NCBI GenBank assembly: GCA_021605095.1
Contig: BPLR01000781.1
Span: 2,414 to 66,413, forward strand
Origin: Caerostris extrusa
Taxonomy: Eukaryota
DNA length: 64,000 bases
Direction of reading: 5' to 3'
Shown: in pieces, positions 37,401 to 51,896 of the stretch
Position numbering within the stretch: the stretch's first letter is position 1
Layout of the letters: each line of letters opens with the position of its first letter
Notes under the pieces: generated by a model
Seen by the model: the letters and a program-made list of their open reading frames with translations, nothing else
Told to the model about the DNA's origin: nothing
The model's database searches: none
Position numbers and translations under genes: made by a program

Positions 37401-39829
37401 TATATATATATATTTTTTTTTTTTTTTAAATATTAGCATTTTGCATCACCTAATTTTTTTTTTTTTTTTTTTTTTTATCTTGCTCAAGAATTCAATAGAT
37501 TTTGCAGGCATAATTGCTTACTAAAAGAATAAATTTAAAATCATAAAATTAAAACTTTTTTGTAAAAACTATAAATCTATGACAGTTGAAAAAGGTGTGA
37601 TTAAACAGTCATTAGATTATAATTACAGCAAACTTAACAGAAATGTTTATGCAGGACAGTATAATTGATTTGATCAATCTTTTACAATATTTCTATAAAA
37701 TATTGTACTTTGTAAATTATTTGCCACTGAGTTTTACATTGCAACTAGTTAATTTGTTTTTTTCTTTTAAAATAATTTAGAAGCAATAAGAGATGGTAAC
37801 AATTAGGTTGTAGTTAGCCACAATTCTTCCAAACAAAATGTGGTACTTTTTCTATTTGTCAAAGATATTTTGAAGGAAATATAATTTTTATTTTTAAAAT
37901 ACTTGCTAAAAACAACAAGATTAAAGATTTCGTTTCTTACAATAAAATACACAAAGAAAAACTTTCATTTAGCTGTAAGCATATTTTTTTTTTGTTAGTC
38001 TTGATATATTGTCCTTCATTTTAATGTACATTCATTGACTTTTTAGGGAAAAAAGTTACACAACCTTAAAAGTCACTTGTAACATTATGCTTTTCTTTGT
38101 CTCTTAATAAAATGAGCAACTATATTACTAATTTAAAAAAATAATAAAAAAAGACAAAACCATAATGTTATAGAAAAGAAAATTTGATGTATGTATGCAT
38201 TATTTCGGTTATTTTGATGGTTTAGCTACAGAATATTGCTTTTAGGTAGCAGGAAATAAAAGACTTTCATATGAACAAAAAAAAAAAAAAAAAAAAAGCC
38301 TTAAAAACAGCTACTAAAATACAATCAAATGTTTCAGAACAAGATTCATTATCTAATTAAGAAAATTCATTCTCGTTTTAAAAAAATTACGACATATATA
38401 AAAATTAATTTTTAAAAATAAGAAGATATCTATGATATACAAATGGCAAAATCTATAATATACAAATGGCAAAATCTATGATTATGATTTCAGAGTGATA
38501 CCAAATGCATTGATTTAAAAGCACCTTTCTGAGCAGAATTGCTAGCTACATAAATATAAAATTATAAAGAAATGTATTATTGTAATGTGTTCTTGTCTGT
38601 CAGGAGTAAACATTTGATCAGAATTACTATGCTTTTAGGCATTAATTGAATTCACTTATTCCAGGATTTGCCGTCACAAAATCAGCATCAAATTCATCAT
38701 CAGCAAGCATCAAATTAGACACATTCTAAACTTGATGATCTTTTGGATATCAAGAGCAGTCAGGGTTACTCAGATATTTCAATCATCTATATCTATAGGG
38801 GCATTGATTTACATGCTTAAAAAATAAGAGAGAGAAATTATGCAATAAAAATAAGTAATCAAGTAAGGAATTCAAAGGCAATCTCTTCTTCTGATAGTGC
38901 AACAAACAATAAAAATTAATCAAATGATTTCATCGAAATAAATTTGTTTATGAAAAGCATGAAAAACTGTTACTAATTAATATATAAAAATTATTACAGG
39001 AGAAATTTAATTTATGCTTTTTAAGCCCCAAGTTATATTTTATTATTATTTTTTTTTCATTTTAATTTGTAAAATACTCATTAATTTTACAGAATTAGTT
39101 TTTATTCAGCTTCAAGAACATTACATTTGATATAAATAATTTTAAAAATCTGAAGAAAATTTAAAACTACTTTAATTGCAATGGCAGTTAATTGTATGTT
39201 TGTAATTAAGTGAAATTTCATACAGAGATTGGCAGATGTTCATTCATACAGCCAGGATATAAATCACAGCCACTTTCTTGAATTACAATAGAATGTATTC
39301 CAGTGTTTCCAATTAAAAAATAAAACCACAATATATATGAAATAAACATAATAAAATTCATTTAATTTTACAATTTAGTTTAGCATAACGTAGGAAAAAA
39401 ATAATAATTAAATAAACTTCGCCATAATGTGCAATAATCAATGGTTGCAAACACAAAAAGATAACTTGACTTTTAGATAATGCTCAGCTTTATATGTTTT
39501 ATCTCAAATTACTGATAAATAAGGGGAAAAAAAAAAAAAAGAAAGATTACGAATTTATAGATCGCAAAATTAAATATATATATATATATATACGAAAAGT
39601 TTTATTTATAATTCAACAAGAATTCTATACAAGAAATGTGTCGCACCACAATTAGAAATTTTCAGCATTTGACATCAAAACAATTTTTGAACTATATTAA
39701 ATTTTTTGTTATGTCATTTTGTATCAATAAAACACCCAGAAATTTGCATTATGAAATAGCAACATGGTGCAAATTATATGATCACTTTAATGTGATCATA
39801 AAATGAGACTTGCGGTAAGCATGACTGTT

Positions 39830-39960
39830 TGGCGAGCCATCTGCATCCCATTGGCATTTTGGATAGCCCAAATTGCCCGCTCTGTGGAAAAGATGAGATC
39901 ACGGACAGATACCACATAGCAAAATGATCGGCCTTGCGTGTTCCTTCGAGGTGAAAATAT
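39830..39960 (+). mobile_element. small remnant of non-LTR retrotransposon RT C-terminal zinc-binding region
   Basis: Frame gives ..ILDSPNCPLCGKDEITDRYHIAK.SAL.. resembling the C..C...ET..H...C zf-RVT motif; fragment only. Confidence 0.3.
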
Positions 39961-40618
39961 ATTGAAACGCTAGAACTTTGCTGATGAGACAATGAGTTTT
40001 TTCTTATTGTTTTCTTTTTACCTGTGTGTGTCTTGCACTGTTTTGATGCCGTAAGAATTTGTCATTTTCTCTTACCATTGGAAATAATGATAAAAAAAAA
40101 CAAGTATTATAAAAAAAAAACAATTTTTAAAGTCAATAATCATTTTTTAAAGTCAAACTTTTTTTTTTTCACTCTATTGCAGAAGTCCTTTATAAATAAT
40201 TTTCATTCATTTTTTTTTAAATTTATGTGGCGCCATCTATTGGTAGATATATGCAACTTAAATCTAAAAAAACTAAAATTAATCAATTAACTTTAATTAC
40301 TGAATTAATATTTGAGAAAACTGTATTAACATCAAGTGTCATCCACTACAAGTTTAAAAAAATGTATTTGAACTTGAGTGGATGAATAAAAAGTATTTTA
40401 TGAACGATTGGAAATTTGAACAAGATATATATAGGGAGAGTGTGAGCTAATAGAAGGAATTGAAAAAAACACGCCACACTTGAATTAGTGAGATGATTCT
40501 TCATTTATTTACGAATTCTAGATCACCAGAGTGAGACAGAGATGGGGGTCTTTAGGGAAAGGGAATTTATTATGGAAGTGATCGATTTTCTTACGTCAAT
40601 TATCGTAAGGAAGAGCTA

Positions 40619-40920
40619 TCGTTATTTTCTTTTCTTTTTTTTTTCTGATGCAGCTGACAAAGACGTAGATAGCTGTATTGGATGCCTTAAGGCAAGAACT
40701 GCACAGACGTTAATCACTTTGCGCGTGGAGGGGGCGCATGTAACTCGAAAACAAGCCACGGACGCGGAATAACAATGCCCCCGCAACGTTCTACGATCAT
40801 ATTAGACCGGGACCTACGGTTTAAAGTGGATTCTGAACCACTACAAACATCCATGGCACCGCCGAGACTCGAACCCGAAGCCTGTGGTACCGAGCGCCAG
40901 TCACTCGACCTTTCAGGCCC
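40619..40920 (-). mobile_element. tRNA-derived SINE, full length, 12-bp TSD gctatcgttatt
   Basis: Core + 3' body (gccacggacgcggaataacaatgcccccgcaacg..), rc head ends ggcc at 40920; gctatcgttatt at 40607-40618 and 40923-40934. Confidence 0.75.
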
Positions 40921-41349
40921 GTGCTATCGTTATTATTACCCATAAAATTATGGGTGTTGTTTAGAGGAGTGAAATTTTCGAGTCTCGGACGTCCTTCAAC
41001 GTTTCCTATTCGTAATTTTTTTTTTTTTTAATTTCTTTACAAGCTATAGATTTATTATAAATTTCTTTCACGAGCTTTCTTATATATAATATTTATTTAA
41101 ATTTTTTTCACCAACAAATAATTATGTAATTAAATAATTACAACATACAATTGTTCTAAAAAGATCATCTGGGGTAAGCAACAAACATTTTATTTCAAAG
41201 TGAACATGAGATTTTTTCAAGAAACGAAAATCCTTTGGAATTCTATATTTTATTTTTTAGGATTTTTGTTATGCATTTTGGTAATGGTAAAATTGTGTCA
41301 TTGGTTATTGATACCAAGAAATTGGGTTCAATTTTAATGAATAAGTATT

Positions 41350-44300
41350 AAATAATTATAATGTGTGAACATGATGTTGAGGTTAGAGGTCACATTGGAT
41401 ACCGAATTGGATTGAGTTTTTGCGAACTTGACATCGACTTGAGTTATCATTTCAAAAGATATTGGATGTTTTTTTCAAAACGGCTGCCTTTGATTGGTGA
41501 TATATTTTGTCTTAAGCGATTTTTATTTGAGTTGAAAGTTGATATTTGGTCTTGATTCTTGAGGTTCTTCGAAGTATATTATTTCGGTGATTGAATTTTG
41601 CCTAGATACTTACAATCTTGTGACTTTAGTTGAACTATTTTCATTGTATATGGTGTGATGAGTATTTTTGCTGGTGTTGCAAGCATGATGCAGATGGAAG
41701 TGACCGACGGTTGTTATTCCCCGGAGGGAGTACCATTGCTGGGAGCTGAAGCGAATGTGTCGACAAATGTGCCAAAGAAAGCTTCCCCAGAGGATACGTG
41801 TCGGCAGTTAGTTACTGCAAAGAAGGAAATGAAGATTCTGGACGATATTATTGCCACAACCAAGAACTCTGACCTTCAAAGTGATTATGATCAGATGAAC
41901 GCTAATCTGATGCAAAAGCGCCAACTGTTGGCGAAATGGGCGAGTCGAGTTCCTTGTCCTCTTGCCAATTGTAATATTCATCATAGTAATGTTAAAAAAT
42001 CTAAAAGACCTGTTGACGAACTAACCAATCAAAATGATAAAACTAATGCATCCTAAGAGTTTAAAACTCCTAATAAAAACGTATTAAAAAGCAAACTTCA
42101 TCCCTAGCACTCAAAATTCTGTTAAGACTATTAACAAATTTGATACCTTGAGCACTGATGATAATGTTGAAGTAGAGGAACCCGTCCAAATTGTGAGAAA
42201 AATGCCTCCTATTATGGTTAAGCCGAAATCAAACTTAAACGAAATGCTTAAACGTTTCGATCAAGAATTTGATGGTAATGTGAATGTTAAATTAGCAGGG
42301 GAGATGTTGAAAATGTTCCCTAACAATGAAGATCAACATAGGGAAATTACTCGTTATCTTAATCAGCATGAAATTGAGTATTTCGTAATAACGCCAAAAT
42401 TTCTTCGACCCTCAAAGCGGTTATTAAAGGCCTTCCAAAGAACACCCCCACTGAGGAAATTAAGGAAGCGCTTGCTGAAAAGACTTCATCGTAGAAAAAG
42501 TAGTACAATTAACCAGGGCTAAGGATAAACAACCCCTACCAATTTTTCAGGTTACTTTCGCTCGGTCAAATAAAAATAATGAAATCTTTCAGCTCACCAA
42601 ATTACTCTATCTATCCATTGTTGTTGAAAAGTATAACAAACGTCCTCTCACCCTACAATGTTACAAATGTAACTTTTTTCATCACAGTTCGAGTAATTGT
42701 GGTTTTAAAGCTAGATGCCTTAAATGTGGAGAGGAACATTCTCATAAGGACTGTCAACTTCAAGAAAAACTAGAAATACCCAAATGCATCAACTGTGGGG
42801 AGCCAGGACACATTGCTGCCTGGCGGGGATGTGCGAAATTTCACAAGATTAAGACTATTTCCACCAAATACGCTACCATTCCAAAATTCACCCCTGCACG
42901 ACAGGTCACACCTAACTTCTCCTATGCCGCGGCTGCTAAGAATATTACTCCACAACCAATCAATACTAACTCTAATTTTACTTTTATTATTCTTACGTAG
43001 AGCAATTGCCACATATAAAAATGACTGTTGGGATCGCAAACTGCAAACCGTCAATGTTGAAGATGGATCCATGTGGAATTTCTGTAAAAATTTTAGGAAA
43101 AAAAGGACTAAAATAACTCTCTCCAAACTCCGCAATCCACTGTTACAACAGCCACTGATAAAGCTGAAGTTTTAGCTACGACTTTACAGGATCAATTTAA
43201 AGAAAATGAAACTAACAACACTAACATTGTAACTGAAGTAGAAAACACCATTACTTCCTTTCTCGTCCAACCTCACAATAACGATGATTTTCCCAACACT
43301 AAAGCTTCCTTCATAATAAACTGCATCACTAACCTTAAAATCGGTAAAACCCCTAGCTTAGAACGTATTACTAACAAAATGCTCAAAAATATTCCTTTTA
43401 AAATAGTTATACAAATTTGCAAAATAACCGATGATATCCTTTCTACTAATCCTTTCCTAAGAATTGGAAGACTGCTCGCATTCTTCCAATCCTTAAACCC
43501 GGCAAAGACCCATCCTCTCCTAACAGCTACAGACTGATCTCTACTCTCCTGCCTAAGTAAACTAATTGAACTCGTAATTGTTAACATCCTAAATGAAGAA
43601 TCTGATAAACTTAACATTTTAATTTCGCAGCAATTCGGGTTTACCAAAAACTTGTCAACTACGCATCAACTTTATAATCTCACAGAAAATATTTCAGAAG
43701 GGTTTTCAGGAAATTCGACACTGCAGTAGTTTTCCTGGATGTCGCTAAGGCGTTCGATCGTGTTTGGATCAATGGTTTAATATATAAAATGATAAAATAT
43801 CAATATCCTACCTACTTAATCCGTACCATACACAATTATCTTACAAACAGAAATTTTGTTGTTTCTGTAGATAACACTCAAAAACTGTCATATCCTTGCC
43901 GGTGTTCCTCAGGGCTCGATCTTGGGACCATTTTTGTTTAACAGATACACCAACGACATCCCACAAGATCACAAAATTAAATTAACACTTTACGCGGACG
44001 ATACTGCTATTATCACACAGGGGCGAAACATAAACATAATCAAGAAAAACTTACAAAACTACATACACACGCTTGAAAATGGGCTCATTAACTGGAAAAT
44101 AAAAACTTAATGTCTCGAAAACTGAAGCAGTGCTATTCACCAGGAAAAATAAACTAATTCCCCCTAACATAACTATTTATAATGCTAATATTTCCTGGTC
44201 CAAAGAAACTAAATACCTTGGCATAATACTTGACAGCAAATTAATATATAAATCGCATATTAATTATCTACTCACTAAATTCAATAATCAATTAAGAAAA

Positions 44301-45100
44301 CTCTTCCCCGTAATTTGTAGAAATTCCTCACTAACAATTGAACTAAAAAAATTAATCTACCTTTCTTATCTTAGACCTGTCATTGCATATGCGAGTCCAG
44401 TTTGGGGTTCTACAGCCAATAACAACTTTCTCGTGCTCGAAAGACTCGAAAATAAAATTATTCGTATGATCTCTGATGCACCCTGGTATTTCAGAAATAG
44501 TGATATTCGGCACTCTCTTGATATTCCTAGTTTCCGCGCATTCGTCGAGAAACTTGCAAAAACTTTTATGACTCCGTTTCCTGATCCACTAACCCTGTTC
44601 TAAGTGATTTAAAAATATACGACTATGACGTCACTCTACCCAGAAATCGCAAAAAGACCTCGCTATACTCTTAACATTAACAAATAATTTCCTCCTTTCT
44701 GGAGATTTTTCGATTTCGGTTTCGCTGTAGCCTCGTTAATGTTTTTCTTTTTTATTGCATTTTTGTTATTGGATTTATCATCAGTGCTTATTCCTTTAAT
44801 TTTTTAATATTTTTGCTTATGGGATGATTTTTGTATTTTTACTCTTCTTTTGTAACTTTTACTTTCTGTCTTAATTGTAATGTTTTTGTTCTCTGATGTT
44901 AGAAATTATTCCCTCTCTGATTTATTTAATTTTTCTTACAATTGGCAAAAAGGGCTCGACCACCAGTCACTGTTCACCATTCGCCAAGTGGAGGTGTGGT
45001 CGTTGCGCGACCAAAGCGCTCCATCAAGTCACCAATAATAATGACGTTAGAGGCCTAAGGCATCTCCCTAAAAGTGAAGCTATAAAATAAAAAATAAGTA
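41350..45100 (+). mobile_element. Jockey-clade non-LTR retrotransposon (LINE), ~3.7 kb, frameshifted, endonuclease region apparently missing
   Basis: ORF1 41655-42056, 42148-42522 and CCHC zinc knuckle (CYKCNFFHHSSSNCGFKARCLKCGEEHSHKDCQ...CINCGEPGHIAAWRGC) ~42640-42900; ORF2 RT motifs FGFTKNLSTTHQL, KAFDRVWINGLIYKM, GVPQGSILGPFLFNRYTNDIP, LYADDTAI, EAVLFTRK, PVWGSTANNNFLVLERLENKIIRMISDAPWYFRN; structured 3' UTR to ~45100. Confidence 0.8.
43140..44603 (+). pseudogene. LINE ORF2 reverse transcriptase (frameshifted)
   Basis: RT motifs listed above in three shifting frames; ORFs 43922-44110 and 44130-44603. Confidence 0.75.
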
Positions 45101-45649
45101 AGAGTTTTAGTTATTATTTAAAACAGATTAATCTCATCGCGCCACAAGAGAAACTTTCGTTTCAAAAGATCGTTTTCGATAAGCGCTGATTTCACTTGAT
45201 TTTATTTATGTGTGTTTTAAAATTGGCATGAAATATGTGGTTGCTAAATATAACATTGACCATTATCAAGTCAGGTGCTTTGTAATTCATTTTAAATTGT
45301 CTGACTTTCAAAATATAAGCAGATTGTTTCAATATCCTCAAAATAATAGAATAATTTGTTTATATAAGTTAATTTAACCATCACTTAAGATTTCTCTGAC
45401 TGAATTTAGTAGTTATTCTTGTAGTATTTGAACAAGCGTTTCATAAAGTGTTAAAATTTCTGGAGTTATTAAATTTTCTTATATTTCAGTCACTATTGAA
45501 TTTGATAGTTCTTGTAGAGATTCTACACTTTAGAGTTCCGATTTTGCCAAATCTCCTTTCCGCGCCAAATGAAATCGCCAAAACCGCAGTATTTTGTAAC
45601 CGCAGCTGCCATTTGTTGGCGAAACCAGCAAGGGAAAAATTCGCCAAAT

Positions 45650-46322
45650 AAACAAGCAGTAATGATATAAAATCGAAAGCGTTTGATCGAATCTCGATTA
45701 ACGGTCTTATTTTTAAGCTTATCACTTCAAAATGCCCTCCGACCTTAATTAACCTTACCCATTCTTTTCATACTTACAATAAGTTTATTGTCAAAACCAT
45801 TAAGACGCGTTCCTCCTTAAATAACATTTTAGCTGGAATTCCACAAGATAGCAAATTCTCTCCTGTCTTTTTTTTTTTTCCCGTATTTTTGATGTTCTTA
45901 CTGGTCTTAATCTCCATACTAAAATTTTTGCCGATGACACCGTTTTTCCCTACAAAAAAAATATAAGAAATCCAAGTTTATTTCTCGCATCGTTAAAAAT
46001 CCCTTAAAAGTACTTGACAACGGTTCGACAAATTGAAAATTGCAATTAATATTGAAAAAAAAAAAGACAAAACTGAAGCTGTTCTCTTTTTCTAGAGAGC
46101 ATAAAAAAAAAAAAAAAAAAAATACTATTCTAAAAATCAAATTCTTCTTTGTTAGGACATTACCAAATATTTAAGCATCTTTTTTTTATCAACATCTTAC
46201 TTAGCAAAGTATATTGCTTACACAAAACAATTTTATGCGTTAAATTTACCCTATGAATAAAATTTGCTTGTTGATAAGCAGAACAAAAATAAACTTCTCT
46301 TATACAGAGCAGTCACCTCTGA

Positions 46323-46356
<34 letters not shown>

Positions 46357-46560
46357 GACTGCTCTGACTAAATTAAAAAAACACTCCAAAACATTACCAT
46401 CCGACAAATTACAAATGCTAAATGGTACGCGAGAATTGTGATATTACACAAAGTTCGTAACCTTCCTTAACCTCATAAATTCTTCAATAGCCTCAATTAT
46501 CATGAGAATACTTCAATTCAGAATGTATATTACTACTTTCAATACTGTAATATTAAAAGA
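45650..46560 (+). mobile_element. second Jockey-like LINE fragment (RT C-terminal half), with two internal poly(A) runs
   Basis: ..KAFDRISINGLIFKLITSKCPPTLINL..AGIPQDSKFSPV..IFADDTVF..EAVLF..KLLLYRAVTSDL..ITNAKWYARIVILHKVRNLP; A24 at 46107-46130 and A30 at 46325-46356. Confidence 0.65.
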
Positions 46561-48068
46561 CTTTCATCAAATTTCATTTGGAATTTGTTTTAATTTGTAT
46601 TTATAAAAATTTTACTTGATATTTGTATAAATTTTAATTTCAGATTTTTAAAAAAATTCCCTTTGTATTTATATTTTCTGGTTAATGAATTCTGGACAAT
46701 TTTTTCATGCTCTGTCAACTTTAAACTTACAATTACAGGATATGAAGACCTTTGTGGCTGGCATACTCCATTAAAATTAATTAACTATCTGTACCTGGTC
46801 TCTATTTGGTAAGTCAGCTAAGCCTCTTTGCAAATCTTGATATTCGACCAATCTACGAATCACGACAGGGCGATGGCGCATATCGGTTCTTTTAAGAACC
46901 ATCATGGGAAACGTTCCACTAAAGCAGATGAACTTATCTTCCCCAACAATTTATCCAAATTCTAGATTTGCATATCTCACAAAAAGAAAACTTGTCACTC
47001 CAGCGAAATATACTTATAATATTCGCAACAGTTTGAAGTATGGAAGCAACTAACCTATGAACTTGAAGGTCCTAACGACTTTACAGAACCCCCAACTATA
47101 GGGAACAGCCTTAAGGAATTCATGTCTCCCTGAAGATTGTAATTAACAATCTTAAGCAAGTGCATAGCAAGAAAGCAGCGTCTCCTTCTATTCAACACCA
47201 TGATTTCAGCAATACCACTGCAAAAAAAGCATTTAGTACGAAGTAGTCAAAACTTTTCGCTAGTATAGATTGAGAATTCAATTCTCACCGAAAATAAATT
47301 TGAAAAAAATTAACATTGATGAGAAAATCCCTCCCAGACCACTCGTCAGATTACCGCCCATGATAATCCTTCAAAATGGTCATCTCAAAGAAACCCGGAA
47401 GCTTATCGAGGGCGAATTAAAAAAACTGGTCTAAGCTTTCCCGTTATCATACGAAATGTTACCCTGAAACAGAGTCACGAAAAACAAAGTTTTGATCATC
47501 TTCCTGAAAAAGAAGAAAATCTATTATTTCCACATCCCGTCGAAATATAATAGAATCAATTAAAGCAGTTTTCAAAGCACTGAATGAGCACTGTTGATAT
47601 CGAAGATTCATTCTACTACCTGGGATTCATACAAAGTTCGGCCAACTTAAAAATAAGCTTGAAAACTCATTTCAATCTGGCAACTCATTTTATCAAGGAG
47701 TGAGAACAATATGAAAATATTTGATCTCAAGAAGCTTCTCTACTTAAGCTTATTTTTCCAAGATGAACAATCAGGGCAGAAAAATTCAATTACAGGCATG
47801 GTGCAACCCTATATTTTTTTTTTGCAACTACTCCGTCATGAAGTAGTAACTGCAGAAACCAAACCGAGATACCTCAAATGAGGAGTTTTTCGCTTTTTTT
47901 TAAAGAATGAACCACAGCTGAACTTATCGCCTTCTTTTGCTATCGAAACTATCTCCAAATTTTCCTCAAATCATAATCGTGTAATTCTTAATTTCAACAT
48001 TAATTAATTTTCTCTTAAACTTAATTACTCTCAATTCACTAATTGAATAATTTTTTAATACTATAAGC

Positions 48069-48375
48069 CAGAGGGTCTCCAAATTACGACCCGCGGGCCA
48101 AATCCGGTCCGCCAGTGTCATCAATCCGGCCCGCGACAGCGAATAGCTTATTGTTGCTGTAATAAGTTGGATAAAAAATACAGAATGATAATAACTCAGT
48201 TTTATTGACTTGCTAGGTAAAGCTTAATGACAAGCATAATACGCAGAAAATTTAACTTAAGCATAACAACTAACTGGAAATTATAAATGATGGCAGAAAA
48301 ATTGAAATGGTTTTGGCCCTTGGTACTTACTGAGTAAACAGTATGGCCCTAAGGCTGAAAGTTTGGAGACCCCTG
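48069..48375. mobile_element. MITE family 1 copy (internally deleted, diverged TSD)
   Basis: cagagggtctccaaattacgacccgcgggccaaatccgg...ggccctaaggctgaaagtttggagacccctg. Confidence 0.65.
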
Positions 48376-48879
48376 CTCTAAACGATTTTGCTTTTGGACA
48401 CCTTTCTATTGACTCCATTTCTGATATTGATATTGAAACACCTCCGATCATTGAACTTGTTCGCAATGTTCATACTTCTTCCTCTATAATTTTTAAAGTT
48501 AAGAATATTCTGTTTTTCTTGCTTATATTAAAACTCTAATTTCTGATCTCAATCGTGCTCATAAATTATAGCAGTTTTTTAAGATCCTCCTTAAAAATAT
48601 AATTACAAAGACCTCAAGCGATATGTAGGCATGATATCCGAAAAACACTTCTGGACTGAATTGCAAAATCTTGATTCGGTGGATAGCTCTCTTTGGAAAG
48701 AGATGAATAAATTCAAAACGCAAAGCTACTAAAGTTCATATTCGGAAAGATCCAAATACTACTCCTCTAATTCCGCCATCACTGGCACTCAAAACACTAC
48801 GCCTAGCCACCTCCCTTCGGGATCTGCTTCAACCTAATAAACTTTCTAATCTTGGCGGGTAGTTCAGTTCCTCCATCAT

Positions 48880-48968
48880 TAACCTGGCCTTTGGTACCAC
48901 AGGCTTCAGGTTCGAATCTTGTCGGTGGCAAGGGATGTTTGTCAGTGGTCTGGAATCCACGTTAAATT
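48880..48968 (+). mobile_element. 5'-truncated SINE fragment
   Basis: aacctggcctttggtaccacaggcttcaggttcgaatcttgtcggtggcaagggatgtttgtcagtggtctggaatccacgttaaattg. Confidence 0.55.
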
Positions 48969-48989
48969 GAAACACCTCATAACAATAAA

Positions 48990-50640
48990 TTTACTCATAA
49001 TAGCACCTCTTTAATTGATGAATACATTGGAAAAGTTCAAACTAAAATAGCTGCAGTCATTGACCGCATCACTAACAAAACGTTTAATAATTTCCCTTTC
49101 AAAATAATTCTTCGTATTGCTTTTTTTACTATGAATTCCAATATCACCCCTTTTCCTATTTTATTCAAACATGAAAACAGCAATTATTCTTTCTATTATC
49201 AAGCCAAAAAAAGGATCCTTCTAACCCCAATAACTACTGGTCTATCCACTCGCACTAAAATTGCTGGATTGTCAACAAAATTAACTCGTATCATTACTTC
49301 TAACTTTATAATCCCGCAATAATGTAGATTCACTTCTAATCTCTTTGACAAAGACCACTAACTCTCTCAAATCCCCAACTTAATTACTTGAACTAACTCT
49401 GAAGGACTCGGGACTAAATCTATCATGAGAATTGTATCTTTTTTTCTCATGTGGATCGAAAGACTCTTCTGTAGATTAATATCCTTAATTTTCACATCGT
49501 CTTGTTCGGCTAATTTTTCCTATATTTCCAATATATAACATTATCAAAATTCAGGACTCTTTCTTTCTATTGAAAGCCAATGTTCCACAAAGTTCTCAAC
49601 TATTGAACTCATTTTCTTCAAATTCCAAATCAATAAGATACATTTATGTTCTATGCTGCTGATCTTTCTATTGCTGTCCAGTCTAATAGTATTCGTCTTC
49701 TTACTAATTAACCTTGAAACTTGGTTTGTCAGGGTGGAAATTTCTTCTTAATGCTGATAAAACTAAAGATTTCTCTTTTTACTTAAAAAAAATCATTCTT
49801 CTGTTACGTTATTTACGATCATTTGATCAAACGAGGTCAAATGCCTGGGTACAATTCTTGATAAAAAGACTAACTTTATATTATGTTAACTATAAGAAGG
49901 AAAAAATTTGATTCTTATATTTGCACCTAATATGCACCATTAATTGAGATTTCTCCTTCTCTGTTGAAAATGAACTACTAATCTATATGTTCTATAGACG
50001 TCGCATTATCACATATGCTTCCAGCTGCAAAGATTAGAATTAATAGTATTCAAATGTTAAAAATAAAATTCTTCATATGATCACTAACGCACGAGGGTTC
50101 TTCAGAAATTATGACAACCGTAATTCTCTAAATCTTTCCAGTATCAAAATGTTTATTTTTAAATTTTCCACCGATTTGCTAAAAAAACTTGACATTTCTA
50201 ATTTAGTAAAGCTATAGTAATTTAGCTGCGATCACACCCTTCCCCTCCAACTCCAAAAGCTCAAAATATTTTATCACAGATTCCTCGTCACCATTCCTAA
50301 GTTTTCATTGCTGCCTCGCAGCTGCTAACTCCACCCGTTTGGGTATTGACTTTTTATTTTTATTTACTCTCTTTATTGTTATTTAATGCTTTGTTTTTAT
50401 TTATCCTTTTTTTAATTTACCTATTTTTAGACTATTATGTTAAACTTAGTTTTATTTTAACTTTTTGGGGGAGGATCTGACTTATTGTGATCATATCTTG
50501 CAAATGTGGATCTGTTACCTTCCCCCGTTTGAACCAATTTAAACATTTAATAGTGTCCATTCCCCACCATGTACTTCAAATCTTTAAGTTTATCAATTTT
50601 TAGCCCCGAGGGACCAAATTCTTTTAATTAATTCCGTGAT
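48990..50640 (+). mobile_element. third Jockey-like LINE copy (5'-truncated, degraded)
   Basis: ..IDRITNKTFNNFPFKIILRIAFF.. and ..RRIITYASSCKD..ILHMITNARGFFRNYDNRNSLNLSSIKMFIFKFSTDLLKKL parallel to LINE at 43300-44560; 3' UTR layout similar. Confidence 0.6.
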
Positions 50641-51244
50641 CAAAAATGATTCAAATGTATTTATTGTAGATATTTAAACTACTCACCATGCAATTGGACG
50701 TGAACAAATATTGTTTTTGTCGTTAAAATAAAAATAATGTACTAAAATAATAGCAATAATGAAAGATCATTTCTTAAAATAGATGCAATAAAATTGCTTA
50801 TTTCTCTTTATAATTTAAATCTATCCACAAATATACAAACGTTTGTGGCCCACTAGAACACTTAAGACTTTGGGTAAGTTTGGCATTTTAGATTCACAAG
50901 GGGAATTGCTAATAATTTATGATATTCTTAATGTCATTATATTGAAAACGACTTTCGGAACAATCGTGAGTTTCAAATATGCAAGTCATGTAAAATACAA
51001 ATTATATTAATTTACAAAAGTCGCACTAGAGGAACTTCGTTGATTTCAAACCTTTACAAAATATCTTTTTAAATGGGGCTTGATCTGTATAAAAAAAGAA
51101 ATAATACAATTTGATTTTCTTTTTCATTAATTTTATTACAGAAAGGTTAAAAAAAAAACTTTTCATACATTGAAAAAAAAAATACAACCAACGCATATTT
51201 TTGTATGAAAATCTATCATTAAATTTTTTGTTCGAGAAAACTCG

Positions 51245-51418
51245 TGACGTCACAGCGCTAAATTTAAAATAAGAATAAAAAAATGTTTCCGTGATGTCAT
51301 GATATTGTGATTGGTTATAAAGTGTTAACTTTAAAACTGATTGGTCGAGCAATCCTGAAGCCTATTACGAAGTCCACGTTAAATCGAAATTTTTTTTTTT
51401 CTTTCTGAGTAATAAAAG
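51245..51418 (+). promoter_or_regulatory. H2B promoter elements: CRE-like palindrome, two CCAAT boxes (inverted), TATA-like boxes
   Basis: tgacgtca 51245-51252; gattgg 51309-51314 and 51339-51344; tataaag 51316-51322; aataaaag 51411-51418, ~65 nt upstream of ATG. Confidence 0.5.
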
Positions 51419-51481
51419 CGTACGTTGTAGGAGAAGGAAAATCATTCGAGTAGAAGATTTCTTACACTGATTTAAGTAATT

Positions 51482-51849
<368 letters not shown>

Positions 51850-51872
51850 AATCAACCAGTACTGAATATCTG

Positions 51873-51896
51873 TGAACATTGTTACAACAATGTTCA
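51873..51896 (+). other. perfect 10-bp-stem hairpin 24 nt after H2B stop (candidate non-canonical histone 3' stem-loop)
   Basis: tgaacattgt taca acaatgttca; position typical for histone 3' SL but sequence not the canonical GGCYCTTYTNAGRGCC. Confidence 0.45.

Noticed and set aside
46850-47600. Possible additional LINE-derived ORF fragments
   Set aside because: Only weak, low-complexity resemblance to the gag region of the neighbouring LINE. Too degraded to call.
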